Below are positions 40,011-51,060 of a stretch of 64,000 nt of DNA, in pieces. Numbering within the stretch: the stretch's first letter is position 1; each line of letters begins with the position of its first letter. This stretch comes from Takakia lepidozioides (lineage: Eukaryota > Plantae > Bryophyta): assembly GCA_030704615.1 (NCBI GenBank), contig CM060731.1, positions 32,550,001 through 32,614,000 of the forward strand. The letters are read 5' to 3'. Made by a program: the position numbers and the translations under genes. The notes beneath the pieces are model-generated. The model ran no database searches, was not told the origin of the DNA, and saw only the letters and a program-made list of their open reading frames with translations.

Positions 40011-42299
40011 ACACATCAGTTCTTAGACCTTGTTGAAACCCTTCAATGATGACTGAGAAGATGGTGACTTGTGTGGGACACTCACATCAATTTTTAGGCC
40101 ATGGTCTAACTGGCTTTCAGCTTGTTAATAAACATGGCAATGATGGCAAAGATTATGGCGGCTTGTGTGGGACACTTACAGCTCTTGTTTAAAACTCAGC
40201 ATGTTTTAAATAAAGTGGTTCAGACTCTGATTGATTGACTGTATGCAAATATGCATACCTTCTTCAGAACCCTATAGGCTCATGCTATGTGTTTGTTTTA
40301 TTAAAAGACCCCACCCTCCCACCCTATGATTTCAAGAACTTTGAAATCCAGTCTCTTTTATTTAAGATGACATATTTATGGAGGGAAAGTGTTAACATGA
40401 TGATAGGAGGATACCTTGTTATAAGGATCTTTTTTTGGATTGTACATGTAAAGACATGTTTGACAATGCCTTGTAATGAGGCTGCTATGTCATTTTTCTT
40501 GACAATGACTTTTATCAAGTCTTGTCTATGTCTTGACATGACATGAATATCTTCCCTCTGTACATGGATCCTGTTGGTAACCTATTCCATAACCCAGAGG
40601 GTTTGGTACTAAGGTAATTTTTTACTAAACTATAATTAACTTCTGCTATCTTCATCCATACCGGATATAGTTAATAATGGATGAATTCCATTAAACATTA
40701 ATTCTGGTTATCATTTTTTACCTGGTTCCTTTGGATTATTAAGGTCATTTATATCTAACCCTAATGAATGCCAATTTCTGGTCATCGATTTTAGGATGTC
40801 ATCCCTGCTGGATGACATGGCGATGACAACAGGGGAATATTCACCTTTCATTCCTTATTTTTCATCCGACATGGATGAAATCGCAATGGTTTGCCATATC
40901 TCCTCTCCTGCCATAAAACTTGCACGATACTCGTGCGTTTTTTCTACGGGAGATGAAGTGATGGTGTCAGAGGGATCTCTTAGCATGAATTTTATGATTT
41001 TGATGGCTATGAAGACGCTTCAATGCTGCTTACAAGTACTCTGGCAAGATTCCAGTCATTTCTCTTTTCCCTTGGGATGCGTAACGGCGGCAGTGCTTCA
41101 ATTCCCTCAGTATGGTGGCCTATTCCCTTGGCGGGCAATCTACCTTAGGCTGCCCGATTGCTTGTAGATCATCTCTGGATCATTAAGTTTCAGCACTGCT
41201 CATAAAAACTCAGGGGGTTTCTTCACCTGTTAAAATGCGCATAGATTTCAGCAAACCATTGCTTGTTTGTGCTGTTGATTGTCAAGTGCTTGGAGCGATG
41301 TCGAGTCCTCTTCCGCAATCGATTAAGGTTGTGGATAACCCAACTTGTGTTTAGAGTTGATTCTTGCTTTAGAACTCATGTTGTACAGCGATAACAAGCG
41401 TGAGACCTGATTCACCTGGGGTTCCACAATTCTCACTAACCTCTTGGTTCTTGTGGGGGCTTGTGATGGGACCAGGTGAGGGTCCTCACTTAATGTGATT
41501 TTTGAAGCTTGAATCTGATGACAAACTTGCAAGTGAAGTGACATTGACATCAGCTGATTATCCAAGGAGATGTCTCATTTTTGCCTCCCTACCTTGACCA
41601 ATCTGGATATGCTTACAACCTTTATCTCTGTGTTGAAGCAGCAAGTGCATTAGTGAGCCTTTTTAGAATACATGAATTCTATTAAGGACTCTGGGTTATG
41701 ATTTCCGCTGCATTGAAATATGGTACTGGAAGTAGGGTTTCCAGACCAAATATATGCTCTTTTTTCATGCTTAGAGCACGATTTGCTACTCTGATATGTA
41801 CACTTTCTAGCAACACGGTAGGGGAGAGGCCAGAGCTTGCATCTGGTTTATACTAAGCCCTGTATGCCTTTATGTGCTCAATCTATGGAACCTCTGTGGC
41901 TTTCTGAACCCCCTTTCCTTTTTTACCTTGCATACAATCTGCTAAGGTAAGTAACTTGCTACCTCTTCATGTCACTCTGTAATTACAGATTGTATACAGT
42001 TGTGTTTATGGCTTTTGGGTTACAATAAAAGAACACAAGACTCATTGTTTCTGCTCCACAAGAAACATGGACTGGTGGGGACCCAAAATTACTCTTCTAA
42101 AAGCAAGCTTTTGTTTTTTAGAAAAACATGTACTGGCTTTATAGACTCTTGGTTCCAGAAGGTTGGGTTGGATTGAAGATATCAGCTGCTCTGATATCTG
42201 GCAACACAGCCTTTTTTTCAGATGTTATGACTTCAAAACCTGTGTAACATTGGGGTTTGAACATGTATTGGCACTATAGCCTTTCTGAACTTCATTAAA

Positions 42300-42526
42300 A
42301 TGTCTTTTTTTACCTTCCCCAGCTTGCTGGCGGGTCATGCCCCAATTGCAGCGACGTACCTGAATCGCAAGCTGGCGAAGCGTCACCGGAGCGGCGTTGC
42401 GGCGACGTGCCGACGTCGCTATTTCCGGGCCGAGCGCCTACGCGGCGCAGCAGTTGCAGGAGAGTCGTCGCGTCTGGCGCGCTCGGGGTCCCGGCGTCGC
42501 TAACCCCCCCCCTAAACGTAGTAGTG
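42300..42526. mobile_element. Single CACTA (En/Spm)-like terminus with GCGACG/CGTCGC subterminal repeats
   Basis: Ends ...CCCCTAAACGTAGTAGTG (reverse complement CACTACTACG). No partner end or 3-bp TSD was found. Confidence 0.55.
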
Positions 42527-42759
42527 TTTCTAACAGACTAATATCCCAAAAGACAAAGTATCTCATATGCGGCCGGGTGATATGGGAGTAGAGGCTGAAC
42601 CGTAAACCGCACTTTCTGTCTGAGTTCGAACGCGGCGCGAGATCACTGGCGCCCCTTCCCGCCGTCGTTGCATTAATAGGTCCAGCAGACTTACACGTGA
42701 TCATAATGACGGCTCAACAGACCCAGCGCAAACAGACTTGCACCACAACAGACTGACTC

Positions 42760-45700
42760 CCGCCGTCTCGCCCTTGTACACCAACAAGAGCTGCTGCTTT
42801 CTACTTAGAGCATCGGCCACCACGTTGTCTTGTCCCGGTTTGTATTGGATATCCACGTCGAACACCACCAAAGTATCTTGCCACCTAAGTTGTTTTGGGG
42901 ACAACTTGGGCTGCGTGGCAAAATACTTCACCGTGACATTGTCCGTGAACACCTTCAATGGGTTGGAACCAACATAGTGGCGCCAAAGCTCAAGACAGTG
43001 CACCACCGCCTTCATCTCTTTCTCGTGCGTTGGCCACCGTCGCTCCACTTCATTCAGTTTCTTACTTTCGTAAGCCACTGGACGTCCATCTTGCATTAGT
43101 ACACCCCCAATCGCGAAGTCCGATGCATCTGTATGTATCTCAAACGGACGATCGAACTCCGGGATTTTCAAGACTGGAGCTTCCGCCATCCGCTGCTTCA
43201 ATTCAGCAAAAGCTTGGCCACAAAAGGTGTTCCATGCCCAGACTTTAGATTTACACAGAAGGTCTGACAGCGGCCCCGCGATTTTGGCGAAATTTCTCAC
43301 ATACTTCCGGTAATAGGAGGCGAGTCCTAGGAATGATCGCACTCCCGGGACCGAAGTCGGAGGCTCCCAGTCCAAGATCGCCCTCACCTTTCTGTCATCC
43401 ATTTTGATCCCATCCTGTGTAATCACATGCCCCAGGAACTCCACTTTTGTGACCCCGAATTCGCACTTTGAAGCTTTGGCATACGCTTCCCTTCTCGCAA
43501 TTTTTGGAACACCCTTTTCAGGTGCTCCAGGTGCTCCTCCTTTGTTTTCGAGTACACCAAGATGTCGTCGATGTACACGATCACAAAGTCATCCAACCAC
43601 TCCTAGAAAAGGCTGTTCATCAGCGTGCTAAATGTCGTTGGTGCATTGGTGAGCCCAAAAGGCATCACCAAGAACTCATATGAACCATACCTTGTCCTGC
43701 ACGCGGTCTTCTCCTCATCTACTTCCGCCACCCGAATTTGATGATAGCCGGAGCGCAAGTCGATCCGGCTGAAATACTTCGCTCCTGCCAATTGATCGAA
43801 GAGGTCGTCGATCCTTGGCAAATGGTACCAGTTTTTGATAGTCACCTTATTCAGAGCCATGTAATCGACACACATCCGCAGCGTCCCATCCTTCTTGTCT
43901 GCAAATAGCACCGGGGCTCCGTAAGGTGACTTATTCGGCCGGATGTACCCCTTTGGCATTAGATCCTTGAGCTGAGTCTTCAGTTCGACCAACTCTCTAT
44001 GGCTCAACCGGTAGGGCGCCTTGGCAGGCGGTTCCGATCCCGGTATCACCTCAATCTTGTGGTCAACTCCTCTTCGCGGTGGCAAGCCGCTTGGCAAATC
44101 CTCCGGCATCACATCATGGTATTTCTCCAAAATCCCCTTGATCCAATCTGGGCTTGGCTCTCTATCGCCTTCTCCCTTCACTTCTCTAATGTAGAGCAAA
44201 AACTGGGGCTCGTGTGCCTCCTCCACGGCCCACTCCATTGCTGACGGGAGGTTTATTCGCCCTCCCACGGGTCTGGGTGTTTCCGAAACTCGTAAGACCT
44301 CGCCACCATTCCAACATGGCAGCGTGACTACCCTCTTGCGGCCATCTATGACCGCTCCGGATTTGCTCAAAAAGGTCATCCCCAAAATGAGATCCACTCC
44401 ATCGATCTCGCAGACGGTGAAGTTCTCACGTCCCTCCCAACTCCCTAGTTGAAGAGGAACATTGAACGCCAACCTCGTCGCCGATTGCGGTTCTCCTTTG
44501 GCAGAACGCACCTCAATAGAGGCCCCTACGTCAGTTGTCGGGAGTCCCAGCTTTTGTGTCGTTGCCGATGTCATGAAGGAGTGCGACGCTCCTGTGTCCA
44601 CCAACAATGACACGTTAGTTCCGGATATTATCCCATCCACGAACAATAAGTGACTCCTTTTACGCAATGCGCTAGTTTTCTGATACAACTCACAAGAATA
44701 TTTGCCTACCTTGCAAGTCCTGGCGACCACCGCTTCCACCAAGCGACTGATGGTATCTTCCGACAGCTCTGTGGTTGCCCGAGTCATGTTCAATTGTCGG
44801 GGCTTCATGCACTTCTTGGCCATGTGCCCGGGCTCCCCACAATTGAAACACACTCCATCAAAGGTTGCCTTCTGTCTGCCATAGGCCGCTTTACCCGCTT
44901 TTCCTTTCGAAGCACCGGGTGCCGCCTTGACTTGTGATGGCCCTCCCTTCGATTTCTACGTGCCATTGTCGCCGCGTGGCCTATCCCACTTCTTTTCCGG
45001 TCGGAAGGAGTCACCTTCCCGCCGGGTCTTCCTGTGGTTCAGCTTCGTACGGCCTTGTCTTTCACCCCTAGGGACATCTGAGAAACATTCAGCCCTCTCA
45101 ATTGCCTCGTTCAAAGTCTTAGGTGGCTTCTCCTCCAACTTCCGCCTGGCCCATGGGGCCAGTCCCGCCACAAAGTTGAAGACCATTTCCGGTTCTGCCA
45201 TGTCCGCGACTTCGAGCAAAAGCACATTGAAAGCCTGGACATATCCCCGAATGTCGTCTGTTTGCTTCAAATTCCTCATCTTGTCCCGGGCAAGCCAGGA
45301 CGCATTGAGGGGCACAAACTGTCTCTTCATCAATTCCTTGAACCCACTCCAGTTCAAGGTTTCCGGACTTGGACCTCGGTCGTGAAGGCGTTTTCTGCCA
45401 CCATTGTTGAGCATAGCCTCTCAAATAGGTGGGAGCCACTTCCACCCGATCCTCGTCACTCAACTTGGCCGCCCGGAAGTACTACTCTAGCTCCAAGAGC
45501 CAGGTGTTGAGTGCCTTCCGATTTCGGACGCCCTCGAAGGTGTCGGGTTCCTTAGGCTTCACCTTAAACTTTGCCTTAGTGGAAGTGGCATTAGCCGCCC
45601 TCAACACGTCTTTCAGCGTCCCGCCAAACTGCGCCAACAACCCTTCCCAAAAGGCTGCCGGCATGGGAGGCATCTGTTGGTCGGTCGGAGCTCTCACGGA

Positions 45701-46654
45701 TTCCTCGGGCTCCGACTCCTCGGATTCCTCCCGCTCTTGAGCGGCCTCGTTTTCGGAAACGTGCATCGCTCCCTCAAACGGCCGCCTCGGTGACACGTCG
45801 CCCCCATCGGGCTCACCAGGATCATCATCTTTTGGGCCGTTCCGCTTTTGCTTTGGCTTGCCCGACCCCATGATGAGGCCAATCCCAAGGACGATCGCGT
45901 ACTGAACTCTAGGCTTTGATACCAAGTGTCGCGTACCTCACTTCGGTAAGCTCCCCTTCAAGTCATAGTTACTCGCTTTGATGCGCGCGCCTGACTCCCA
46001 ACCTGGCCGCCGGCCAACTTGGAGCTTCGGCTGCTCACCGGGACATAACGGTCCCCCTTTGGTCTCCCACTAAACCCTCCACCTATTTGGGCCTAGTGGA
46101 ATTCCCTTTGGTAGATGGCAGTCCGGAACAGCTCCCCCACTCTTTGGTCGTTTTCCGGCTCGCTCGCTTACTCACTAGTTTTTGGTCACCAACGGGCTTG
46201 CACCGTTCTCGGGGTCACTACTCCCCTTATATATACTTCTGTAGCTGTCCGCGGGGGTTTCACAACCAGCCATGCCATTTTATGGCGAACCACCACGAAA
46301 ACCCTCGACTCCCGGTGATGAGTCGCGGTGAGTCTTGGCCCACTCACCACGGCCCCTATGGACCGTGATGAGTCCCAAGACTCCCCACGACTTCCACCAC
46401 GAGGTCTCCGCCCCTATGGTGAGTCCTATGCCACCCCCACTAAGTCCCGCTAAGCTACCACCACCCCTTGTGGAGCCACCCCCACCGCAACCCGGTGTGC
46501 GGGGCTCCACCTAGTGAGCGCCTCCGCCTCCTTGAGTGCCTTGGGCACTCAAGGGTGCTTCAGCCCCCCATACCTATCGCTGCCGCTGCCCCCACCACAG
46601 GGGCAGCCCCTCATGTGTCCTGACCCCCTGCCCTCAAGGCAAAGGGCCGTGACA
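42760..46654 (-). mobile_element. 5' half of a Ty3/gypsy chromovirus: 5' LTR, PBS, gag, PR, RT, RNase H (frameshifted)
   Basis: LTR 46654-45927 with TG..CA ends. tRNA-iMet-type PBS TGGTATCAAAGC at 45924-45913. gag with [14 protein letters not shown], protease [20 protein letters not shown], RNase H HTDASDFAIGG...VADALSRK. Breaks off at ~42760. Confidence 0.95.
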
Positions 46655-47754
46655 GGCATGGTGTGTCGTCGACCATCCAGATCGCTTCTCTTGACGTCTT
46701 TCGAACAAACGATTATCGCATGCAATGACTTGGGTGATGAATTCGCTCAATGTACTCACGTTTGGCATCGTCAGCAACAAATATTTTACATCCTCTTTTA
46801 GGCCACATCGAAACTGACTAATGAGACTCTTCTCATTCCAGTCGAGGTCGCACGCAAGTTGTCGAAATTCGGCAGCATAAACAGAAGCTGGACGTGCTTC
46901 TTGTCGAAGACTTCGCATCTTTGTCTCTGCAACTCTCTCTCTATCATTCTCTCCAAATGTTGCAGTGAACTCGGACATGAACGCTTCAAAATGTATAGTA
47001 AATGCGAATTTTTCTCTAATAGCGGTGCAAACCAAGATAGGGCAGTGCCTACGAATCCCACTTGAATACCTTCATCAGGGTAGTGTTGTGGATGTAGTCG
47101 TAGGAACAATCGTACTTGTTGAACAAAACCGCGAAATCTTGATCTCGTCCCAGATTTTGGAAACTTCTCCAGCCAGTCTCGCCAACACCAGTTCAAGCTA
47201 CTCTTGTTTCCAGTTTCCAGTACTCCAGTCCAGTTCCCAATATTTTAGCCCAGTTTCCAGTATCTGGTACTCCAGTGCAGTTTCCAGCATTCCAGTATTC
47301 AAGTCGTGTTCCAATATCTTGTACTCTTATTCATTGTTATAAAGATCATCTTGATTCCTATTTACTCATCGTGCATACGGCCACGCCCACCTTGACTTCT
47401 TGTTTAGTCTTGTACCTCTAGTTTGATCTCTTGTTTGTGTTCAGTCATGTTCTCGTCCTTGACAATTTGGCGAGACTGAAGAGTGTCCAGTCTCGCCTCC
47501 TATATATACTGGCTAGTAAGAAGCTTCCCTTATGGAGGTTTCTTGCTAGAGAAGTTTCCAAGATTAAACAAAGGTTTGTTGATGGAGAAGTTTCCTCCAA
47601 ATGAAGCTTCCTGAGCAGTTTCCCAAGTTACTCTTGGTAATTTGGTAAGTAATGGTAAATCATGGTAGATCACGGTAAATCATGGTAATTTTCGGTAACT
47701 TGGTAATTTTCTGTATTTACTCCTGGTAAGTTCCTCTGGGCTATGTCCATTACA
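46655..47754 (-). mobile_element. Older Tcn1/Tf1-like gypsy element: 5' LTR (47754-47335) and decayed gag, interrupted by the chromovirus
   Basis: 420-bp TG..CA LTR with TATATATA. gag motifs FRGFVQQVRL..HP, LRQEARPASVYAAEFRQLACDLDWNEKSLISQFRCGLKEDVK. Confidence 0.8.
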
Positions 47755-47759
47755 CAACC

Positions 47760-48200
47760 CGGTGTTGTTCATGACGTGCTCTTTATGTTCCATCATGATT
47801 TGGACGACTGACAGGCCTCGGCACAGACACTTCATGACCCATCCTTTCAATTCCTCGCTAATGTGTGGTGCATACCTGAACTAAGCGGACTTCCCATGAC
47901 AGACGTTCCATTTCGCGTCTGTATGCTCCATATTGTTGTAGTACGTGAAGACACAAATGTCGGGGGCGGGATAACATTGTTGGACCTTGAAACAGCATTG
48001 GCAACCACGTTTGTAAGACTCTCCACATTCTGACTTCTTTATCCTTGGGCCTTTATGAGGGTGAGATGTTCCAGCACAAGAGATCAACCACGTTTCAGTT
48101 TGGGATCCTCCACTATCGCATTGTTGATGCGCTTGTCATCTGGACCGTAGCAGCATTGATACCTGGACATAAAAATCACAATCGATATCCATCGACTTCG
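47760..48200 (-). pseudogene. MULE transposase N-terminal (WRKY/GCM1-like) DNA-binding domain remnant
   Basis: KRGCQCCFKVQQCYPAPDICVFTYYNNMEHTDAKWNVCHG...ISEELKGWVMKCL matches the RGC.C.F.V...H.D....CHG...ISEEL motif of plant MULE/SWIM proteins. Contains stops. Confidence 0.75.
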
Positions 48201-48478
48201 GTAAGCATGAAATCACAGTACGTGGATACGAAAAATGACAACAGACATGCAATCAGACTACAAAAGGATGATGAGGATGGTGCACACATGATACTGTTCA
48301 GAAAATTGTTGGCTCTCGGCTCTTTTAACATGTCGGATCTCACGGTATGCATGCATTCTGAACATTCACTCGCGCACCCATATAACCATATTGCGTGTTT
48401 CTCTTCTATTGGAGGTCCTTCGTGTTGAAGGGTCCTGGTTTGGGTGTTTGCAAACTTTGTCGAAGAGGCCGTATAATC

Positions 48479-48781
48479 CAGTGTTGTGCGGATATTGATT
48501 TCAATATACCCTTAGGGTGTAAGTAAATTATTTTTGTCAAACCATTTACCCTCTGGGTATGGATAAATTAACTTTTCAAATTTCTATATAACCCCCGGGT
48601 ATGGATATATATGCCAAAATATACCCTGAGGGTATGAATAGTTTCCGGGTATGGATAGTTATTTCCATTAATATATAATTTAATGGTTTTAAAGAATATA
48701 TTAGTGTTTTTGTTTTTCCAAAAAAAAGGAAACCTGGGAGCGACTGCTCACAAGATGTTCTTCAATATGTACAAAACAAAA

Positions 48782-48821
<40 letters not shown>

Positions 48822-49594
48822 AATCTATGGTAAAAGAGAAAATTGATAAGATATTGCATAATATTTTGGTGTTAATTTCCAATGCAAGATGGAGGAGGTT
48901 TGAGATTAAAAAAAAAGCACATCGGCTGGTAGCTCAGCTGGTAAGTACACAGTGTGTGTCACTCAGGTGGTTCGGGGTTCGAACCTGCTGCCCTGCCCCG
49001 TGTGTGGGATTGTTCGTGTGACGGTATGTTTGGGCGTTGATCGTCCTGTAAGCCCATAAATGAAAGGGGGTTAATCTTTCCCCCTCCTCAAGGGTCTGAA
49101 TTGTGGGCTGTCGCTCCCAGATTTCCTTAAATAAATAAATAAATAAAAACCCCTCAATGACCTAAATTGTGGGCTGTCAGGTTTCATTTATATATATATA
49201 TATATGCGAGATCTGAAGAGGTATTGTTTGGGTTATATGACATTTAAGGAATGATATTTATGTAACATTTGTTTTAGCTATGATTGGAGCTTTCTTATAG
49301 CTCAAAGCTCCCTAACAACACAACAAAAAGAGAAAAGACCTAGCACATAAAGGCTATGAAGGCACATAAAGGCCCTTCTATACCCTGATTAGATATACCT
49401 TTCATTTTAACATATACCCTTCAGGAAAGTAGGGTATATTGAGCGTCTTGATGTAGGGTAAATATAAGGATAAGGGTATATCATAAAAATATACCCTGAT
49501 ATAAGGGTATACTTCCGGGTACCTAAACTTGCCACACCATGGTATATATATATATCGGGTATGTCAGGGTAATTCATATACCCGCCCAACACTG
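48479..49594. mobile_element. Non-autonomous hAT element
   Basis: TIRs CAGTGTTGTGCGGATAT / ATACCCGCCCAACACTG, perfect 8-bp TSD GTATAATC (48471-48478 and 49595-49602), and many ATACCC/GGGTAT subterminal repeats. Confidence 0.9.
48917..49149 (+). mobile_element. tRNA-derived SINE inside the hAT element
   Basis: A box TAGCTCAGCTGG (48930-48941), B box GGTTCGAACC (48976-48985) and a (TAAA)n tail. Does not fold as a tRNA. Confidence 0.8.
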
Positions 49595-50320
49595 GTATAA
49601 TCCAGCTATCCGTTTTTAGTATATCATCGCCTTCTGCTTCCACGTCCATGCCCTGTACAGTACAGAGGACATGCTTCAGAACCTGCAAGAAACGCGCCGC
49701 AGTACACTGAACACTATGGACAATGTGCAAAGAGCATCAGTGCGCAAGTTCGCGGCTGCTGGCAAGTGGCAGGCGGCGGGGATAAGGTTTGAATTCATGC
49801 CCTAAAAATGGAGGGTTCGGACGGTCCAGATGCGGCATCATCAGTGGACCGGAGAAAAGTGGACTCATGGGCGGCGGATTGGCGGGCAGACTGTTGGGTG
49901 GACTGGCCGGGAATGGCGCAGCGGACTGGCATGGATGGCGCGGATGGGTTTCTCAGAATGGACGATCAAAATCCTTTGGCCGGCACGGACTGGCAGACTG
50001 GGGGTTGCAGACGGGCACATCGGACTGTTGGGTGGACTTGCGGGGACTGGCACAGCTGACTGGCGTGCACAACGGACTGGCCGACAGACTGGCGGTTTGG
50101 CGGACAGACGGGAACTGGACTCACGGGCAGCGGACTGGCCGTGGGCGCAGCTACTGCGAGCAGGCCTGGTGGGCCGCGGCTGCTGAGGCCGCAGCAGCAG
50201 CTGGGCGACCACGCGCAGCAACGGGCAGTGGGAGCTGGGTGTCCGTGCACGGGGCCCACCGGTCAGCTCGGGCGTGCGCCATACCGTCCCAATTGTTGTA
50301 AAATGAGAGGCGAATTTAAA

Positions 50321-51060
50321 CAGGCAGACATATTCGACTCGGGCACACAGTCAATAAATGAGCATGAAAGGGCTAGACTGAGGGGGCACAAAAATAGAAA
50401 CAAACTGGACCGACCTCTGGTTTTGGATAGCCGAGACATGACACAACCATGTCTCATACATGAGGACACAATCAAAGGACTTTGCTGGATTCCTTACTAC
50501 AAAATAGACCCAAAAGCACAACCCAAACCTATGTTATTACGTAAAAGTACAAAAATCTCCAAGTGACTCAATAATGTTCCAGCTGGCAAACACCCATGCT
50601 ATCTGTGAATGTGCTGTACCAGGGGCGCCCCAGCACACTACCACAAGAACACATGAACACATTGCAGAACACACTACCACAACAGAAATTGACAATATAC
50701 TTCCCATACAAAAAAGTTTTTATTATCTCAGTTAAAGAATTTAAATTGGCAGACTTATTTGACCCTGGCACTCAGTCAATAAATGAGCTTGAAAGAGCTA
50801 GACTTAAGGGGCAAAAAAAGAGAAACAAATTGGACCGACCTCTGGTCTCGGATAGCAGAGACATGACACAACCATGTTTCATACGTGAGGACACAATCAA
50901 AGGACTCTGTTCGATTCAGCTACTACAAAATAGACCTAAAAGCACAACCCAGACCTATGGTATTACGGAAAAGTACAAAAATCTCCAAGTGACTCCAGTC
51001 GGGTCAATAAAGTTCCGGCTGGCAAACACCCGTGCTATCTGTGAATGTGCTGTACCAGGG
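50321..51060. repeat. Tandem duplication (~420 bp) of the QS terminal codons and 3' region; the distal copy is split by the MULE
   Basis: 50321-50625 matches 50746-51060, and 34990-35089 matches ~50640-50745. Confidence 0.88.

Larger units (their letters stand above)
35090..50311 (-). mobile_element. Mutator-like element (MULE), 15.2 kb including nested insertions
   Basis: Inverted termini GCCTCTCATTTTACAA.AATTGGGAC (35090 onward) and GTCCCAATT.TTGTAAAATGAGAGGC (to 50311), with ~370-bp diverged GC-rich TIRs. Perfect 9-bp TSD GAATTTAAA at 35081-35089 and 50312-50320. MULE/SWIM-type transposase remnants lie inside. Confidence 0.9.

Noticed and set aside
48917-49000. Second tRNA gene
   Set aside because: A and B boxes are present but there is no acceptor-stem pairing, and it continues into a (TAAA)n tail, so it is a SINE.
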